From assembly GCA_965216315.1 (NCBI GenBank), contig CBDCFN010000015.1:256001-320000 (forward strand): a DNA stretch of 64,000 nt, in the 5' to 3' direction. The notes under the pieces are model-generated. The model did not search any database. It saw nothing but the letters and a program-made list of their open reading frames with translations, and had not been told where the DNA came from. Shown in pieces: positions 29,000-39,634 of the stretch (its first letter is position 1; each line of letters begins with the position of its first letter). A program made the translations under genes and the position numbers. Origin of the DNA: a bacterium (GTDB taxonomy: Bacteria; UBA10199; 2-02-FULL-50-16; JAJFLM01).

Positions 29000-30736
29000 A
29001 TGTTAAAGGGGCGTTTATTTATTTTCTTAACCGTCATGATCTGGGCAGCCGCTGCCCAGGCCGCCACAACATCCAACCACATAAAAGATAAATGCAACGA
29101 AGGGGATCATTTTGAGAACAGCGATCCTTTCTCGAGAGAAGTCACCGTCACTAGGGACGCTGACTCCAATGTTTGGACCGGCAAAGGATCTGAGATTTGT
29201 CCGACCGATCTCAGCATCATCTTGTGGAATGAAAATTGGGCTCAGATGGCACGGGAAAAAGATTATATTTTTAGATCAGTTCTTATAGAATTTCGGTTAA
29301 ATAATGATGCGGGCACTCTTGACCTTACGCAGGCCATTCAACCGGAAGCTGAAGGCGTTGCACGCAGTCGAGTCGCCTTTTCGGGTTATGTCTGGTTTGC
29401 CCCAGAAGACGGCGATAAGGGCCGCGTAATTTATGGCCTTCATCCCTCGGAGCTAGAAAAGGTAAGAATAGCCGACCTGCATTGGAGTGATATCCGTTCA
29501 GTAAAACTGACCCCGAAAAAAGATGATCCCAATGCCAGGCCAGTGCTAGCCGCACAAAAAAACCCAAGCGGCGCCTTTTTCACAAAAGCGAGCGATACCC
29601 CTCGTACAGCAAGTCACGCTGTACTGGTAAGTGAAGCCCCAACAATGCCCATCGAAGTGCACTTTCTGGAAAATGTTGCCGAGATTTTACCGACCCGAGA
29701 AAATCCCGGCCCCTCCTGGTTTGTCAATGTCCCGGTAAGATTTATGCGCGAAGCCCTGTTTGAAAATGACCCGAATACTGACCTCCAAGTCGGAGGAATG
29801 GATTATCGGGCTCTCGTACTCGCGCGCTATGTGCCTAACCGCAATAAGGTAGTCATCCAATATCATTTCAACACCATGAATCTTCCAGGAGACAAAATCA
29901 ATAAAGTTGTCATCAAGCTTTCGCCCAATGATCGTGTCGAAGGCAACCTGAGCGGCGACTTCCAGGTCGAAAAAAGTAAAAGTGCCACTAACTCCATTGT
30001 GTTGATGAACAATCAGGAATCGAAAAGCATCGCGATTCCGGACCATCATGCCAACACTCTGAGTGCATCCAAACACCGGCATTATACTGCCGCAAACATA
30101 CGGGTTGCCTACAATCTTAGAGATGGAACGGAAGTCATGTACTATATAGTTCCTCATAGAGGAATTGCAGACGGCTACAAAATTAAAATCACACCTCAGA
30201 GTAATAACGTTATGGACGCCGAACTAAGCTACAATTTATTCTTACCTAAGAATGCCGTGCGCCTGAGAGCCGTGGTCGATCCCGCATCCATCGAAGAAAC
30301 GAACCGAGGTTCTCGATCCATTACCGTCCTTGGAGGCATTGATTACGACAAACAACCTAACGTTGCCGATCAGTTCCTCAGCGGAACAACGGCCGTCAAA
30401 CGTTCAAACCTCCTTCCAGACGGACCACTCTTAACACTTGGTGGAACAAACCCCGATTTGGAGCCCGTCTCCAACCCGGAACCTGATTCGCCGCTCTCAG
30501 ACAATGCGGCGGACGAGGCAATCGGTACCGGTGACGTCGGTGGCGAATTGGCCGATAGCAACGTGCCCGAACCGGGGACCGTGACCGTCGGTTATCCCGC
30601 CGACGGCGGTGATGGGGCCGGCGCGACGGGTAGTTGTACACTGACAAGGACCCATGCTCCCAATCAGAGTGCCGGGATACTCATGCTACTGATCATGGGC
30701 CTGAGCGGCCTCGTCTGCGCGCGCAAGTTTAACTAA
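29000..30736 (+). CDS. Secreted hypothetical protein with MYXO-CTERM-like tail
   Basis: AGGAGG RBS, signal peptide ending AQA, acidic Pro/Gly linker, GSC-TM-RK tail. Confidence 0.75.
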   Translation: MLKGRLFIFLTVMIWAAAAQAATTSNHIKDKCNEGDHFENSDPFSREVTVTRDADSNVWTGKGSEICPTDLSIILWNENWAQMAREKDYIFRSVLIEFRLNNDAGTLDLTQAIQPEAEGVARSRVAFSGYVWFAPEDGDKGRVIYGLHPSELEKVRIADLHWSDIRSVKLTPKKDDPNARPVLAAQKNPSGAFFTKASDTPRTASHAVLVSEAPTMPIEVHFLENVAEILPTRENPGPSWFVNVPVRFMREALFENDPNTDLQVGGMDYRALVLARYVPNRNKVVIQYHFNTMNLPGDKINKVVIKLSPNDRVEGNLSGDFQVEKSKSATNSIVLMNNQESKSIAIPDHHANTLSASKHRHYTAANIRVAYNLRDGTEVMYYIVPHRGIADGYKIKITPQSNNVMDAELSYNLFLPKNAVRLRAVVDPASIEETNRGSRSITVLGGIDYDKQPNVADQFLSGTTAVKRSNLLPDGPLLTLGGTNPDLEPVSNPEPDSPLSDNAADEAIGTGDVGGELADSNVPEPGTVTVGYPADGGDGAGATGSCTLTRTHAPNQSAGILMLLIMGLSGLVCARKFN

Positions 30737-30746
30737 TTGAATTTAA

Positions 30747-30774
30747 AGGGGCGGTCCCATAGGGCCGCCCCTAC
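30747..30774. terminator. Hairpin between convergent genes (GTAG-REP-like; possible bidirectional terminator)
   Basis: aggggcggtccc-ata-gggccgcccct-ac. Confidence 0.7.
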
Positions 30775-30794
30775 TTTAGTGAAGTGTGTTTTAT

Positions 30795-33413
30795 CTAGCC
30801 AGCGGCACGCTGTTCTGTCTTGGCGCCGCCTTTGGCGAATACCAATTCATCCTTGCCGACGGTGACGTCGATCGTGTCCCCCTCGACAAACTTACCTTCG
30901 AGAACTTCTAAGGCAAGCGGATCCTGGATGTACTTCTGGATCGCGCGCTTCAAAGGACGCGCCCCGTAGGCCGGATCGTAGCCGCGTTCGGCGAGAAAGT
31001 GTTGAGCCTCGTCGGTGAGATTTAAGGTCAGTTTCTTATCGGCCAACAGCTTCTTAAGGTTGGCGAGTTGAATCCCGACAATTTTTTCGATCTGTGTTTC
31101 ACCGAGTTTGTGGAAGATGATGATGTCATCGACACGATTCAAAAATTCGGGACGGAAATGCCCACGCAAGGCATCCATCACCCGTTTTTCCATCTCACTC
31201 TCATCTTTGTCGGCGAGCTCACTAATAAACTGTGACCCGATATTGCTCGTCATGATCATGACGCTATTACGGAAGTCGACGGTACGGCCCTGACCATCGG
31301 TCATACGCCCATCATCGAGGGCTTGGAGCAGCACATTAAAGACCTCGGGATGGGCCTTTTCGATCTCATCAAATAAAATCACTGAATAAGGTCGGCGCCG
31401 CACCGCCTCGGTCAACTGACCGCCCTCTTCGTAACCAACATAGCCGGGAGGCGCCCCAATCAAGCGCGCCACCGCGTGCTTCTCCATGTATTCCGACATG
31501 TCGATGCGCACCATTGCGTGCTCGTCATCAAATAAGAACTCGGCGAGCGATCGCGCGGTCTCGGTCTTACCGACCCCGGTCGGACCCATGAAGATAAACG
31601 AGCCAATCGGGCGATTGGGATCCGAGAGCCCCGAGCGGGCGCGCCGGATCGCGTTGGCGACCTTGGTAATCGTCTCGTCCTGACCAATCACCCGTTGCAT
31701 GAGGCGCTCTTCCATGTGCACGAGCTTTTCCCGTTCCCCCTCGAGCATGCGGGCGACTGGGATACCGGTCCATTTAGACACAACCTCGGCGACATCTTCA
31801 TCGCCAACCTCTTCGCTCAAAATCTTCTTGTTTTGTTGGAGTTCCTCGAAGGCCTTCGTCTGTTCTTCTTGGGCCTTTTGCAACTCGATCAACTTACCGT
31901 ATTTCAGCTCGGCGGCCCGCTCCAGATTTCCTTCACGCTCCGCCGTCTCGGCCTCTTGCTTGGTCGTTTCAATCTCTTCTTTGAGCTCGCGTAATTTTTT
32001 GATCGCGTCTTTCTCATTCTGCCAATGGGCCTTCAGGCTATTGGACTGCTCTTGCAGTTCGGAAATTTCTTTTTCGAGAGAGGCTAGCCGTTCCTGTGAG
32101 GCCAAATCGTTTTCTTTTTTGAGGGCCTGCTGTTCGATCTGCAACTGCGTCACTCTCCGCTCAATCGTATCGATCTCGGTCGGCAGACTATCAATCTCAA
32201 TCCGCAGCTTGGACGCCGCCTCATCAATGAGATCAATCGCCTTGTCGGGCAAAAAACGATCCGTGATATAACGATGCGACAGGGTCACCGCCGCAACCAA
32301 GGCATCATCCTTGATCTTGACCCCGTGATGGATCTCGTAACGTTCCTTGAGGCCGCGCATAATCGCAATCGCGTCTTCTTCGCTGGGCTCACCCACGTAA
32401 ACAGGTTGGAAGCGCCGTTCCAGCGCCGCGTCCTTTTCAACGTACTTGCGGTATTCATTGAGCGTCGTCGCCCCCACGCAACGCAGTTCACCACGCGCCA
32501 ACATCGGCTTGAGGAGATTCGACGCATCGACCGCGCCTTCGGCCCCACCGGCCCCAACAATCGTGTGCATCTCATCAATAAACAGGATAATCTCGCCCTC
32601 GGATTCCTTAATTTCTTTGAGCACGGCCTTGAGACGATCCTCAAACTCCCCGCGATACTTGGAACCGGCTATCAATGCTCCAATATCGAGCGAGATCAAC
32701 CGCTTGTCATGGAGACTGTCGGGAATATCCCCGGAAATAATCCGCTGGGCCAGGCCTTCGACAATCGCCGTCTTACCAACCCCGGGTTCACCGATCATCA
32801 CCGGATTATTCTTGGTCCGGCGTGACAAGACTTGAATGACTCGACGAATCTCATCATCCCGACCGATGACGGGATCGAGTTTCCCGCGCCGCGCCGCTTC
32901 AGTGAGATCTTGGCCGTACTTGGAAAGGGCCTGATATTTCTCTTCGGGATTTTGATCCGTCACACGATGCGAGCCGCGAATGCCTACTAGGGCCTTCATG
33001 ATCGCCTCACGCGTCGCTCCGGCGCGCTTTAAAACTTTGCTCGCCTCCCCGGGCTTTTCATCCGCCAAGGCAAGGAGGAGATGTTCGGTACTGACGTATT
33101 CGTCTTTGAGTTTGTCTGCCTCTTTTTGAGCGCGTTGAAAAATCTGCTTCATGCGCTGCGAGAGATAAACATCGCTCGAGCCCCCGCTGATCTTGGGAAA
33201 CTTTTCAACTTCTTCTCGGATCTGATGGGAGAGCTGAGTCGGATCGGTCCCAACCTTGCGCATCAACGGTTGGACCACGCCTTCGGTCTGCTGTAATAAA
33301 GTATCAAGCAGATGCTCCGGCATGAGTTGTTGATGGCCGTGCTCGCGCGCGAGCTCTTGTGCGGCCAGGACACCCTCTTGGGCCTTTATGGTAAACTTAT
33401 CTAAGCGCATCAA
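30795..33413 (-). CDS. clpB: Chaperone ClpB
   Basis: Two AAA+ modules ([16 protein letters not shown]), long coiled-coil middle domain, GAPPGYVGY. Confidence 0.98.
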   Translation of the reverse strand: MMRLDKFTIKAQEGVLAAQELAREHGHQQLMPEHLLDTLLQQTEGVVQPLMRKVGTDPTQLSHQIREEVEKFPKISGGSSDVYLSQRMKQIFQRAQKEADKLKDEYVSTEHLLLALADEKPGEASKVLKRAGATREAIMKALVGIRGSHRVTDQNPEEKYQALSKYGQDLTEAARRGKLDPVIGRDDEIRRVIQVLSRRTKNNPVMIGEPGVGKTAIVEGLAQRIISGDIPDSLHDKRLISLDIGALIAGSKYRGEFEDRLKAVLKEIKESEGEIILFIDEMHTIVGAGGAEGAVDASNLLKPMLARGELRCVGATTLNEYRKYVEKDAALERRFQPVYVGEPSEEDAIAIMRGLKERYEIHHGVKIKDDALVAAVTLSHRYITDRFLPDKAIDLIDEAASKLRIEIDSLPTEIDTIERRVTQLQIEQQALKKENDLASQERLASLEKEISELQEQSNSLKAHWQNEKDAIKKLRELKEEIETTKQEAETAEREGNLERAAELKYGKLIELQKAQEEQTKAFEELQQNKKILSEEVGDEDVAEVVSKWTGIPVARMLEGEREKLVHMEERLMQRVIGQDETITKVANAIRRARSGLSDPNRPIGSFIFMGPTGVGKTETARSLAEFLFDDEHAMVRIDMSEYMEKHAVARLIGAPPGYVGYEEGGQLTEAVRRRPYSVILFDEIEKAHPEVFNVLLQALDDGRMTDGQGRTVDFRNSVMIMTSNIGSQFISELADKDESEMEKRVMDALRGHFRPEFLNRVDDIIIFHKLGETQIEKIVGIQLANLKKLLADKKLTLNLTDEAQHFLAERGYDPAYGARPLKRAIQKYIQDPLALEVLEGKFVEGDTIDVTVGKDELVFAKGGAKTEQRAAG

Positions 33414-33484
33414 ATCCCTACTGAATTTACACTATTCTTGCCTTTAAAGAAACTAAACTCAGTTCGGGAATTGTCAAGCCACCA

Positions 33485-34930
33485 CTACTTCTGAAACGCC
33501 AAGAAGATCGTCGCATCCCCACGCTTGATAAAAAAGCGCACCACCTGACCGTCTTTGAGCTTTCTTACCAGCTGACTATAACTGCCGGGTGTATTGATCT
33601 TTTTACCATTAATCGAGATCAAGATATCACCGGGTCGCACATCTGAACGAGCCGCCTGACTTCCTGGCTCGACGCTGCTGATATAGACTCCGCCTTCACC
33701 GGGCGCCAAGCCGAGTTCCTTTTTCTCTTCCGGCGGAATCCCCCTCACATTGAGTCCAAGACCCTTACCGGATCCACCAGTGCCGCTACTGGCAACAACA
33801 TCATCGTCTTTGCGCTCGGCAATCGTAACCGTCATGGTCACACGTTTACCATCGCGAAGCACGGCAATGGGCACCGTTTTACCGATCTCGGTCTTCGCCA
33901 CCTCCGCCGGCAATTCATGGGATTCATCGATTTCCTTACCATTGTACGAGACAATGACATCACCGGACTGCAATCCGCCTTTTTCAGCGGGACTATCGGG
34001 AAACACATTGGCAACCAAACCACCCTTGGTCTCTTTTAAGCCAAAAGACTGGGCCAATTCATCCGTCATATCTTGAATGCCGACACCGAGCCAACCGCGG
34101 GTGACGTGCCCCTTACTGATCAATTGAGGGATCAGACCTTTGGCCAGATCAATAGGGATTGCAAAACCGATCCCTTGTCCGCTCGCCACAATCGCCGTAT
34201 TAATCCCAACGACTTGACCGTTCAAATCAAACAGTGGACCGCCACTGTTGCCGGGATTGATGGAGGCATCGGTCTGGATAAAATCATCATAGGGTCCGGC
34301 ACCAATCACGCGTCCCTTCGCAGATACAATGCCCGCCGTTACGGTATGATCCAGCCCAAAGGGGTTGCCCATGGCGATGACCCATTGGCCAACCTCTAAT
34401 GACTCGGAGTCACCGAGGGAGCAGAAAGTCAGTTTTTTTGAATCGACTTTAAGAACGGCAATATCCGTTTTTTCGTCTTCACCGACGACCTTGGCTTCCA
34501 ATTTTTTGTCTTCGGAGGTATGGACCAGAATCTCATCAGCACCTGCAATCACGTGCCTATTCGTCAAAACATGACCATCGGCATTGATCACAAAGCCAGT
34601 CCCGAGACTCTTCTGCTCACGCTGACGGGGCCCATCAAAAAAGCGATTAAAGAATTCATCAAAGGGATCCACGCGCCCGCCTGGACCACGCTGACCAAAA
34701 GGGGAACGAAAGCGCTGCATCCGCGGCCCGGCTTTTTTCTTCGTGCTAATATTGATAACACACTTACGAACCTTTTTGACGACACTGCGCACATCCGGAA
34801 GTGAATCAAGCAAACCCGCCTGAAGAAATCCCTCCGGTTTTTCACCCTGGTGATAATATTCAACTGCTTGGGCCGGGGCGCTCAAACTAACCAACGCTAC
34901 GGCTACAATAAAATGTTGTTTCAATTTCAT
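33485..34930 (-). CDS. degP: HtrA/DegP (Do) serine protease with two PDZ domains
   Basis: TNRHV, DIAV, QTDASINPGNSGGPL. Confidence 0.92.
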   Translation of the reverse strand: MKLKQHFIVAVALVSLSAPAQAVEYYHQGEKPEGFLQAGLLDSLPDVRSVVKKVRKCVINISTKKKAGPRMQRFRSPFGQRGPGGRVDPFDEFFNRFFDGPRQREQKSLGTGFVINADGHVLTNRHVIAGADEILVHTSEDKKLEAKVVGEDEKTDIAVLKVDSKKLTFCSLGDSESLEVGQWVIAMGNPFGLDHTVTAGIVSAKGRVIGAGPYDDFIQTDASINPGNSGGPLFDLNGQVVGINTAIVASGQGIGFAIPIDLAKGLIPQLISKGHVTRGWLGVGIQDMTDELAQSFGLKETKGGLVANVFPDSPAEKGGLQSGDVIVSYNGKEIDESHELPAEVAKTEIGKTVPIAVLRDGKRVTMTVTIAERKDDDVVASSGTGGSGKGLGLNVRGIPPEEKKELGLAPGEGGVYISSVEPGSQAARSDVRPGDILISINGKKINTPGSYSQLVRKLKDGQVVRFFIKRGDATIFLAFQK

Positions 34931-35391
34931 GATGTCTTTGTCGCCTCGACGTAACGCATCCGCAATTCACTTAATATTTGCGTCATCAAGGCATCCTCCT
35001 CTTTAGTTCGATTTCCTTGTGTCTTGGTCGCTAGCATTCCCAAAATATCAATAGACTGTTTCGCCAGCGGTAAATTTTTTTCGACCTTCTCGCCGTCAGG
35101 CGCGGGGACCAGACCCAAATGCATATAAACGGACGTCGCCAGCGATAATAAAAACTGGGCAAAACCCTGATCGGAATCAAACGCCGCTTGTGCTCCGCCC
35201 GAAGGACCTTTAGCGGGGTCAGGCCTCTCACCACTTCCCTCTTCGCTCGTGCCGATTGAGTCAGCCACGGGCTCCTGTTCCTGCTGCGCTGGCATTTCTT
35301 CTGATTTTACTTCCGCTGCCTCGTCTTCGTCCCGACCTTCGCGGCGCCGATCGACGATTTTAAAACCGCGTTCTTCCGTTTCTCCTGCCAT
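34927..35391 (-). CDS. DUF1844-domain protein
   Basis: FKIVDRRR; FLLSLA...HLG..P...NLPLAKQSIDILGML..KTQGN. Confidence 0.85.
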   Translation of the reverse strand: MAGETEERGFKIVDRRREGRDEDEAAEVKSEEMPAQQEQEPVADSIGTSEEGSGERPDPAKGPSGGAQAAFDSDQGFAQFLLSLATSVYMHLGLVPAPDGEKVEKNLPLAKQSIDILGMLATKTQGNRTKEEDALMTQILSELRMRYVEATKTS

Positions 35392-35538
35392 AGCGTTTCC
35401 TTCCTGAATTAGGCCATAAATGCCGTTGTATTATTTGTATGGGGACGCAGGGTTGTCAATACGTGCTCTGTAAATACTTTGTAAAAGCGCCGCTTCTAAC
35501 TAACTGAAATTAAAGTGATATATCCGAATTGGCGGGTC

Positions 35539-35570
35539 TTGACAGCCCCCAGGAGCGTGCTTAGTATAAT
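35539..35570 (+). promoter_or_regulatory. Sigma70-like promoter of rpoH
   Basis: TTGACA 35539-35544, TAGTAT at 17-nt spacing (TATAAT at 35565); bracketed by gggtctt/aagaccc inverted repeat. Confidence 0.55.
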
Positions 35571-35615
35571 AAGACCCTGATGAGACGTTAACAGGAGAGG
35601 AGCATCAAAAAGGAT

Positions 35616-36470
35616 ATGACAACCACAAAGCTGCCAGTACTGAGTAACGGAATTGACGTCTACGCGGCCCAAATAAGCCAATATAAGGTGTTGAGCCGCG
35701 AGGAAGAGCACGCGCTCGCGCTCCGTTATTATCAGACCCAGGATAAGGATGCCGCCCAGCAATTGGTACTGGCCAATCTGCGCTTTGTCGTCAAGATCGC
35801 CCATGAGTATAAGGCCTATGGCTTTCGCCTGGCCGACCTGATCCAAGAAGGCAATGTCGGCCTCTTAATGGCGGTCAAAAAGTTTGATCCCCACAAGGGT
35901 TTTCGACTGATTTCTTACGCGGTCTGGTGGATCCGCGCCTATATCCAAAATTTTATTCTACGCTCCTGGAGTCTGGTGCGGATTGGAACCACGCAGGCAC
36001 AACGCAAATTGTTCTACAAGCTGCGCGCGGCGAAGCGTAAACTTCTCGGCAATGAAGAGGCGGATTTGGACCGTGCCCTCAATGGGGGCGAGGCCCATCA
36101 TCTGGCCGAAAAGATGGCCCTCAAGGAAGAGGATGTTATCGAAATGGACACGCGGCTCGCAGCCCGTGATCTCTCCCTCAATACGCCGATCAGTGACGAT
36201 CGGCAGGTGACGCATCAGGACCTGCTCTGCTCCCCAGAAAATCAGGAAGAAGCCGTAGCCCATCAACAGGAGACGGTTCAACTCACTGAGCAGGTCCGTG
36301 CGGCCCTCACCTCCTTAAACCCCCGGGAGCAATATATCGTCGAAAAGCGCTTGATGGCCGAAGAACCCCTCACCCTGCAAGAAATTGGGAATCATTTCGG
36401 GATTTCGCGGGAGCGTAGCCGCCAGCTCGAGGTTCGTGCCAAGCAGAAGCTCCGCGAAGCCCTGGTTTAA
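35616..36470 (+). CDS. rpoH: RNA polymerase sigma-32 family factor
   Basis: DLIQEGNVGL, YAVWWIRAYI, RpoH box QRKLFYKLR. Confidence 0.9.
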   Translation: MTTTKLPVLSNGIDVYAAQISQYKVLSREEEHALALRYYQTQDKDAAQQLVLANLRFVVKIAHEYKAYGFRLADLIQEGNVGLLMAVKKFDPHKGFRLISYAVWWIRAYIQNFILRSWSLVRIGTTQAQRKLFYKLRAAKRKLLGNEEADLDRALNGGEAHHLAEKMALKEEDVIEMDTRLAARDLSLNTPISDDRQVTHQDLLCSPENQEEAVAHQQETVQLTEQVRAALTSLNPREQYIVEKRLMAEEPLTLQEIGNHFGISRERSRQLEVRAKQKLREALV

Positions 36471-36504
36471 TTATATCCTTGATCCCAGCCACTAATGTCC
36501 TAGA

Positions 36505-37266
36505 ATGCCGGACATGAGACGCCTCTTCCCCCTATTGACCCTGCTCGCGCTCGGCTGCCTTGTTGCTGCCGCCTGTTCCTCAACACCGAAGTACGGCCAG
36601 GAAAAAGACGCCGCCAGCGCAATCAGCAAATGTAATGAGCTGATGGAAAAGGAAAAGTTCGAAAAGGCCAGCAAGTGCTATGAAATGTTGCGTTCCCGTT
36701 TTGCCGGTTCGGGACTCACCGATGATGCGGAACTGCGCATCGCTGACATTGCCTTTGAAAAAGAAGATTACTTGCTCGCCGCCGAATCTTACCGTGCTTT
36801 CGCCAAGCTGCATCCGGCCCACCCTAAACTCGCCTATGTCTATTACAAAGCGGGGCTCTCCTACCTGCGTGAAAGCCCGAAACAAATCGATCGCGATCAA
36901 CAGTACCTGGATGAAGCGATCGGTTATTTTGAGATTGGCATTCGCTACTTTCCGGGAAGCGCCTACCAAGACGTTACTAAAGAGGCCTTAAAAGAAGCCC
37001 GTCGTCGCCTCGCCGCGCGGGAACTTTACGTCGGTCGTTTTTATTTCAAACGCAAAGAATATCGTTCTTCTCTCCTGAGATTTGCGGAAGTTGCCGATCG
37101 CTATCAAGGCTTGGGGTTTGATGAGGAGGCATTGTATTTAATGGCGAAAGCCTATGTCCGATTAGACGAACGCAAAAAGGCTTATGAAGTCGCCGCCGTC
37201 TTAAAAAGTCGACACCCTAATAGTGCGTACTTGGATAGAATTATCAAAGATTTGGACATTGATTAG
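36505..37266 (+). CDS. bamD: Outer membrane protein assembly lipoprotein BamD
   Basis: Lipobox AAC; TPRs; DRDQ; LAARELYVGRFY. Confidence 0.9.
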   Translation: MPDMRRLFPLLTLLALGCLVAAACSSTPKYGQEKDAASAISKCNELMEKEKFEKASKCYEMLRSRFAGSGLTDDAELRIADIAFEKEDYLLAAESYRAFAKLHPAHPKLAYVYYKAGLSYLRESPKQIDRDQQYLDEAIGYFEIGIRYFPGSAYQDVTKEALKEARRRLAARELYVGRFYFKRKEYRSSLLRFAEVADRYQGLGFDEEALYLMAKAYVRLDERKKAYEVAAVLKSRHPNSAYLDRIIKDLDID

Positions 37267-37271
37267 GTATC

Positions 37272-38036
37272 ATGGAAGTTCCCATCATTGAACTCATTGA
37301 GATTGGTAAGCGGGCCTTCAACGAGGATGATTTTGACCGTGCGGAGGAATGCATTGGCACTGTCCTGCAGCATGGCCAGCGCTTTGCCGACCTGCTCAAC
37401 ATCATGGGCATTATTTACCATGATCGTGGTGACTTTAATCGCGCAATCGACTCGTTCAAGGAAGCCCTCGTTATCAATCCCCAATATGTCGAGCCCCGGC
37501 TCAACCTTGCGGTTCTCTATAACGACCTCGGCGACTATGCTGCCGCCCGCAAACTTCTCACCCATAAAGGGGTCAAAGGAAGCCAAACGAAATTCAAAGA
37601 CGACCCCATCCTCGATGGCAAACTCGCCAATCAACATGCCATGATGGGAGATATGTACCGACGGTTGGGCCGCTTTGATGAAGCCATAACAGAGTATCGC
37701 AAAGCCCTCAGCTTGGGTTCGGGCTTTGCTGATATTCGCACGCGTCTCGGCACCGCCCTCCGTGAAGCGGGTAACACAAAAGAAGCCCTCAAAGAACTAC
37801 GACGGGCCTGCAAAGACAAACCCAACTTCCTCGAGGCGCGCATCCAACTGGGTGTCACCTTATTTGCCACCGGCCGCCATAGTGATGCGCGCAAGGAATG
37901 GGAGGCCGTCCTCAAAAAGGACAAGGACGACCCCAAGGCGCGGATGTATTTGCTCATGGTCCAGAATGGAAAAACCCCGACCAAGCCACGCAAGGCGGCT
38001 CCCAAACGCAAGCCAACGAAAAAGCCTAAAAAGTAA
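37272..38036 (+). CDS. TPR-repeat protein
   Basis: Multiple TPR units; Lys-rich C-terminal tail. Confidence 0.85.
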   Translation: MEVPIIELIEIGKRAFNEDDFDRAEECIGTVLQHGQRFADLLNIMGIIYHDRGDFNRAIDSFKEALVINPQYVEPRLNLAVLYNDLGDYAAARKLLTHKGVKGSQTKFKDDPILDGKLANQHAMMGDMYRRLGRFDEAITEYRKALSLGSGFADIRTRLGTALREAGNTKEALKELRRACKDKPNFLEARIQLGVTLFATGRHSDARKEWEAVLKKDKDDPKARMYLLMVQNGKTPTKPRKAAPKRKPTKKPKK

Positions 38037-38044
38037 GTTAAATT

Positions 38045-38097
38045 GCAACCTTTTGCATCCGGCCCCGACGCAACTTGAGCTGCGGATCTAGCCGAAA
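38045..38097 (+). promoter_or_regulatory. Tandem candidate motifs GCAAC-N15-CCGACG and GCAAC-N17-CCGAAA
   Basis: 38045-38070 and 38070-38097, upstream of CDS 38129. Confidence 0.45.
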
Positions 38098-38128
38098 ATA
38101 GGGTATACTTTGTCATGGGAGGCCCGAT

Positions 38129-39610
38129 TTGCACCGTATTGTCTTATTATTAGCGATTCTCACTTTGTCCGGCTTTGCCGCCTGCCCGGCAACGACGGGT
38201 CCCATGGGCGCGACGGCGGATGATCCCGAAATCGCCGCAGCCGACGAGTTGCCTGAACCGGTTCAGAGTCAGCCCCCCTTGGGGGACGGCATCGGTGCCA
38301 AGGGTGATTCAACGACGATCCCGGAATTCAGCACTCTGTTTATGACCTTACCGGGCCAACCAGAGCGATTCACGGACATTCCGCCTCGCACCGTCGATTA
38401 TAATGTTTGGTTCCTGGACGACGGCAACGAACAATACCGGCAAGACGTCACCGCACGATTTTTCCACCAGCAGCTCTTCACGGCGGGAACCACCATTCCG
38501 GAAAACCCACACTGCCCCTTTGTGACCAACACGACAGGTCGAAATCAGCTGCCATGCGCCTGCACTCAAGAAATTCTTGATTCTGAGAAAGTGCAGCTCA
38601 GATGCGAAGGCAAGTTTCCTTTCGCTCACGGCCAAATGCTGCGTCTGATCATCTGTGGCCAACCGAATCCTAACGTTCTGAAACAAACCGTCGGCAACGC
38701 GCGCAATCCGATCGCCGAGTTTATTGACCGCGCCTATGTCCACAGCAATAAAGAACTGTGGGACTTAGAATTCTGTCCTGAACGACGCTATGTCGACTAT
38801 GTCTTCAAGGCCGCGGACATGGAACTGGCGTTTCCATTGGAAAGCGGCAAGCTCTACTTTGTCACCCAGTTCCCGCGCGACTACCTCGGCAAAGAAGCGG
38901 AATATGGCGAACCCGTCCCCAATCACCTCGGGATCCACAACACAATTTATGAAAGCAACCATGAAATGGGTCGCTTCTTATCCGAAGGGCGCATCGTCCA
39001 AGTCGTTACGGGGGTACCAGCGAGTAACGCGGCCCCAAAGGCCCCTTATATCAATTTTAGTTATTCCAGCGCCGATTCGGATGAACCCCGAGCGACCTCT
39101 TTCAGCGCCGAGCTCCCGAACACCCCTTATTGCGATAAGCTCGCCGCTCGGTCGCCCGAACAACTCGCATGGGAAAAGGAATTGTTTGAACTGATCAATG
39201 AAATCAGAGTCGCCGGTGCGGATTGCCGGAGTGAAGGCATTAAGGCAAGCGCCCCACCACTCGACATAAGCCCGGTCCTTTATTGTACGGCATGCCTGCA
39301 CAGCCAGGACATGTATGAGCGCGCCTTTGTCTCCCATACAAATCCCGATGGCTTATCGGTGTTCTGGCGTTCCTTTCTGGCCTCGCAGGTCGAGCTCGGT
39401 CAACCGCTCGTCGAAGTGTTCTCCCGCCTCGGTGAGAATATCGTTCACGGTCCGACAACGCCTGCAGCAGCTCTCAAGCACTGGCTCGCCAATGATCGCC
39501 ACTGCGCCAATCTCATGGACCCCTACTTTACTCACGCGGGAACCGGATCCCATCATGGCAATGATCAAGGGCGCTTCTGGACCCTAGCGCTCGGCACTCA
39601 ATTAAAGTAA
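38129..39610 (+). CDS. Lipoprotein with C-terminal CAP/SCP domain
   Basis: Lipobox FAAC; LINEIR..G..C, HSQDM, SHTNPDG, GENI, HCANLM. Confidence 0.8.
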   Translation: MHRIVLLLAILTLSGFAACPATTGPMGATADDPEIAAADELPEPVQSQPPLGDGIGAKGDSTTIPEFSTLFMTLPGQPERFTDIPPRTVDYNVWFLDDGNEQYRQDVTARFFHQQLFTAGTTIPENPHCPFVTNTTGRNQLPCACTQEILDSEKVQLRCEGKFPFAHGQMLRLIICGQPNPNVLKQTVGNARNPIAEFIDRAYVHSNKELWDLEFCPERRYVDYVFKAADMELAFPLESGKLYFVTQFPRDYLGKEAEYGEPVPNHLGIHNTIYESNHEMGRFLSEGRIVQVVTGVPASNAAPKAPYINFSYSSADSDEPRATSFSAELPNTPYCDKLAARSPEQLAWEKELFELINEIRVAGADCRSEGIKASAPPLDISPVLYCTACLHSQDMYERAFVSHTNPDGLSVFWRSFLASQVELGQPLVEVFSRLGENIVHGPTTPAAALKHWLANDRHCANLMDPYFTHAGTGSHHGNDQGRFWTLALGTQLK

Positions 39611-39634
39611 TGCCTAGTCGCCGCCACAATTAAT

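Noticed and set aside
35537..35563. CIRCE element upstream of rpoH
   Set aside because: Only a partial right half (GCGTGCTTA); no left half at 9-nt spacing.
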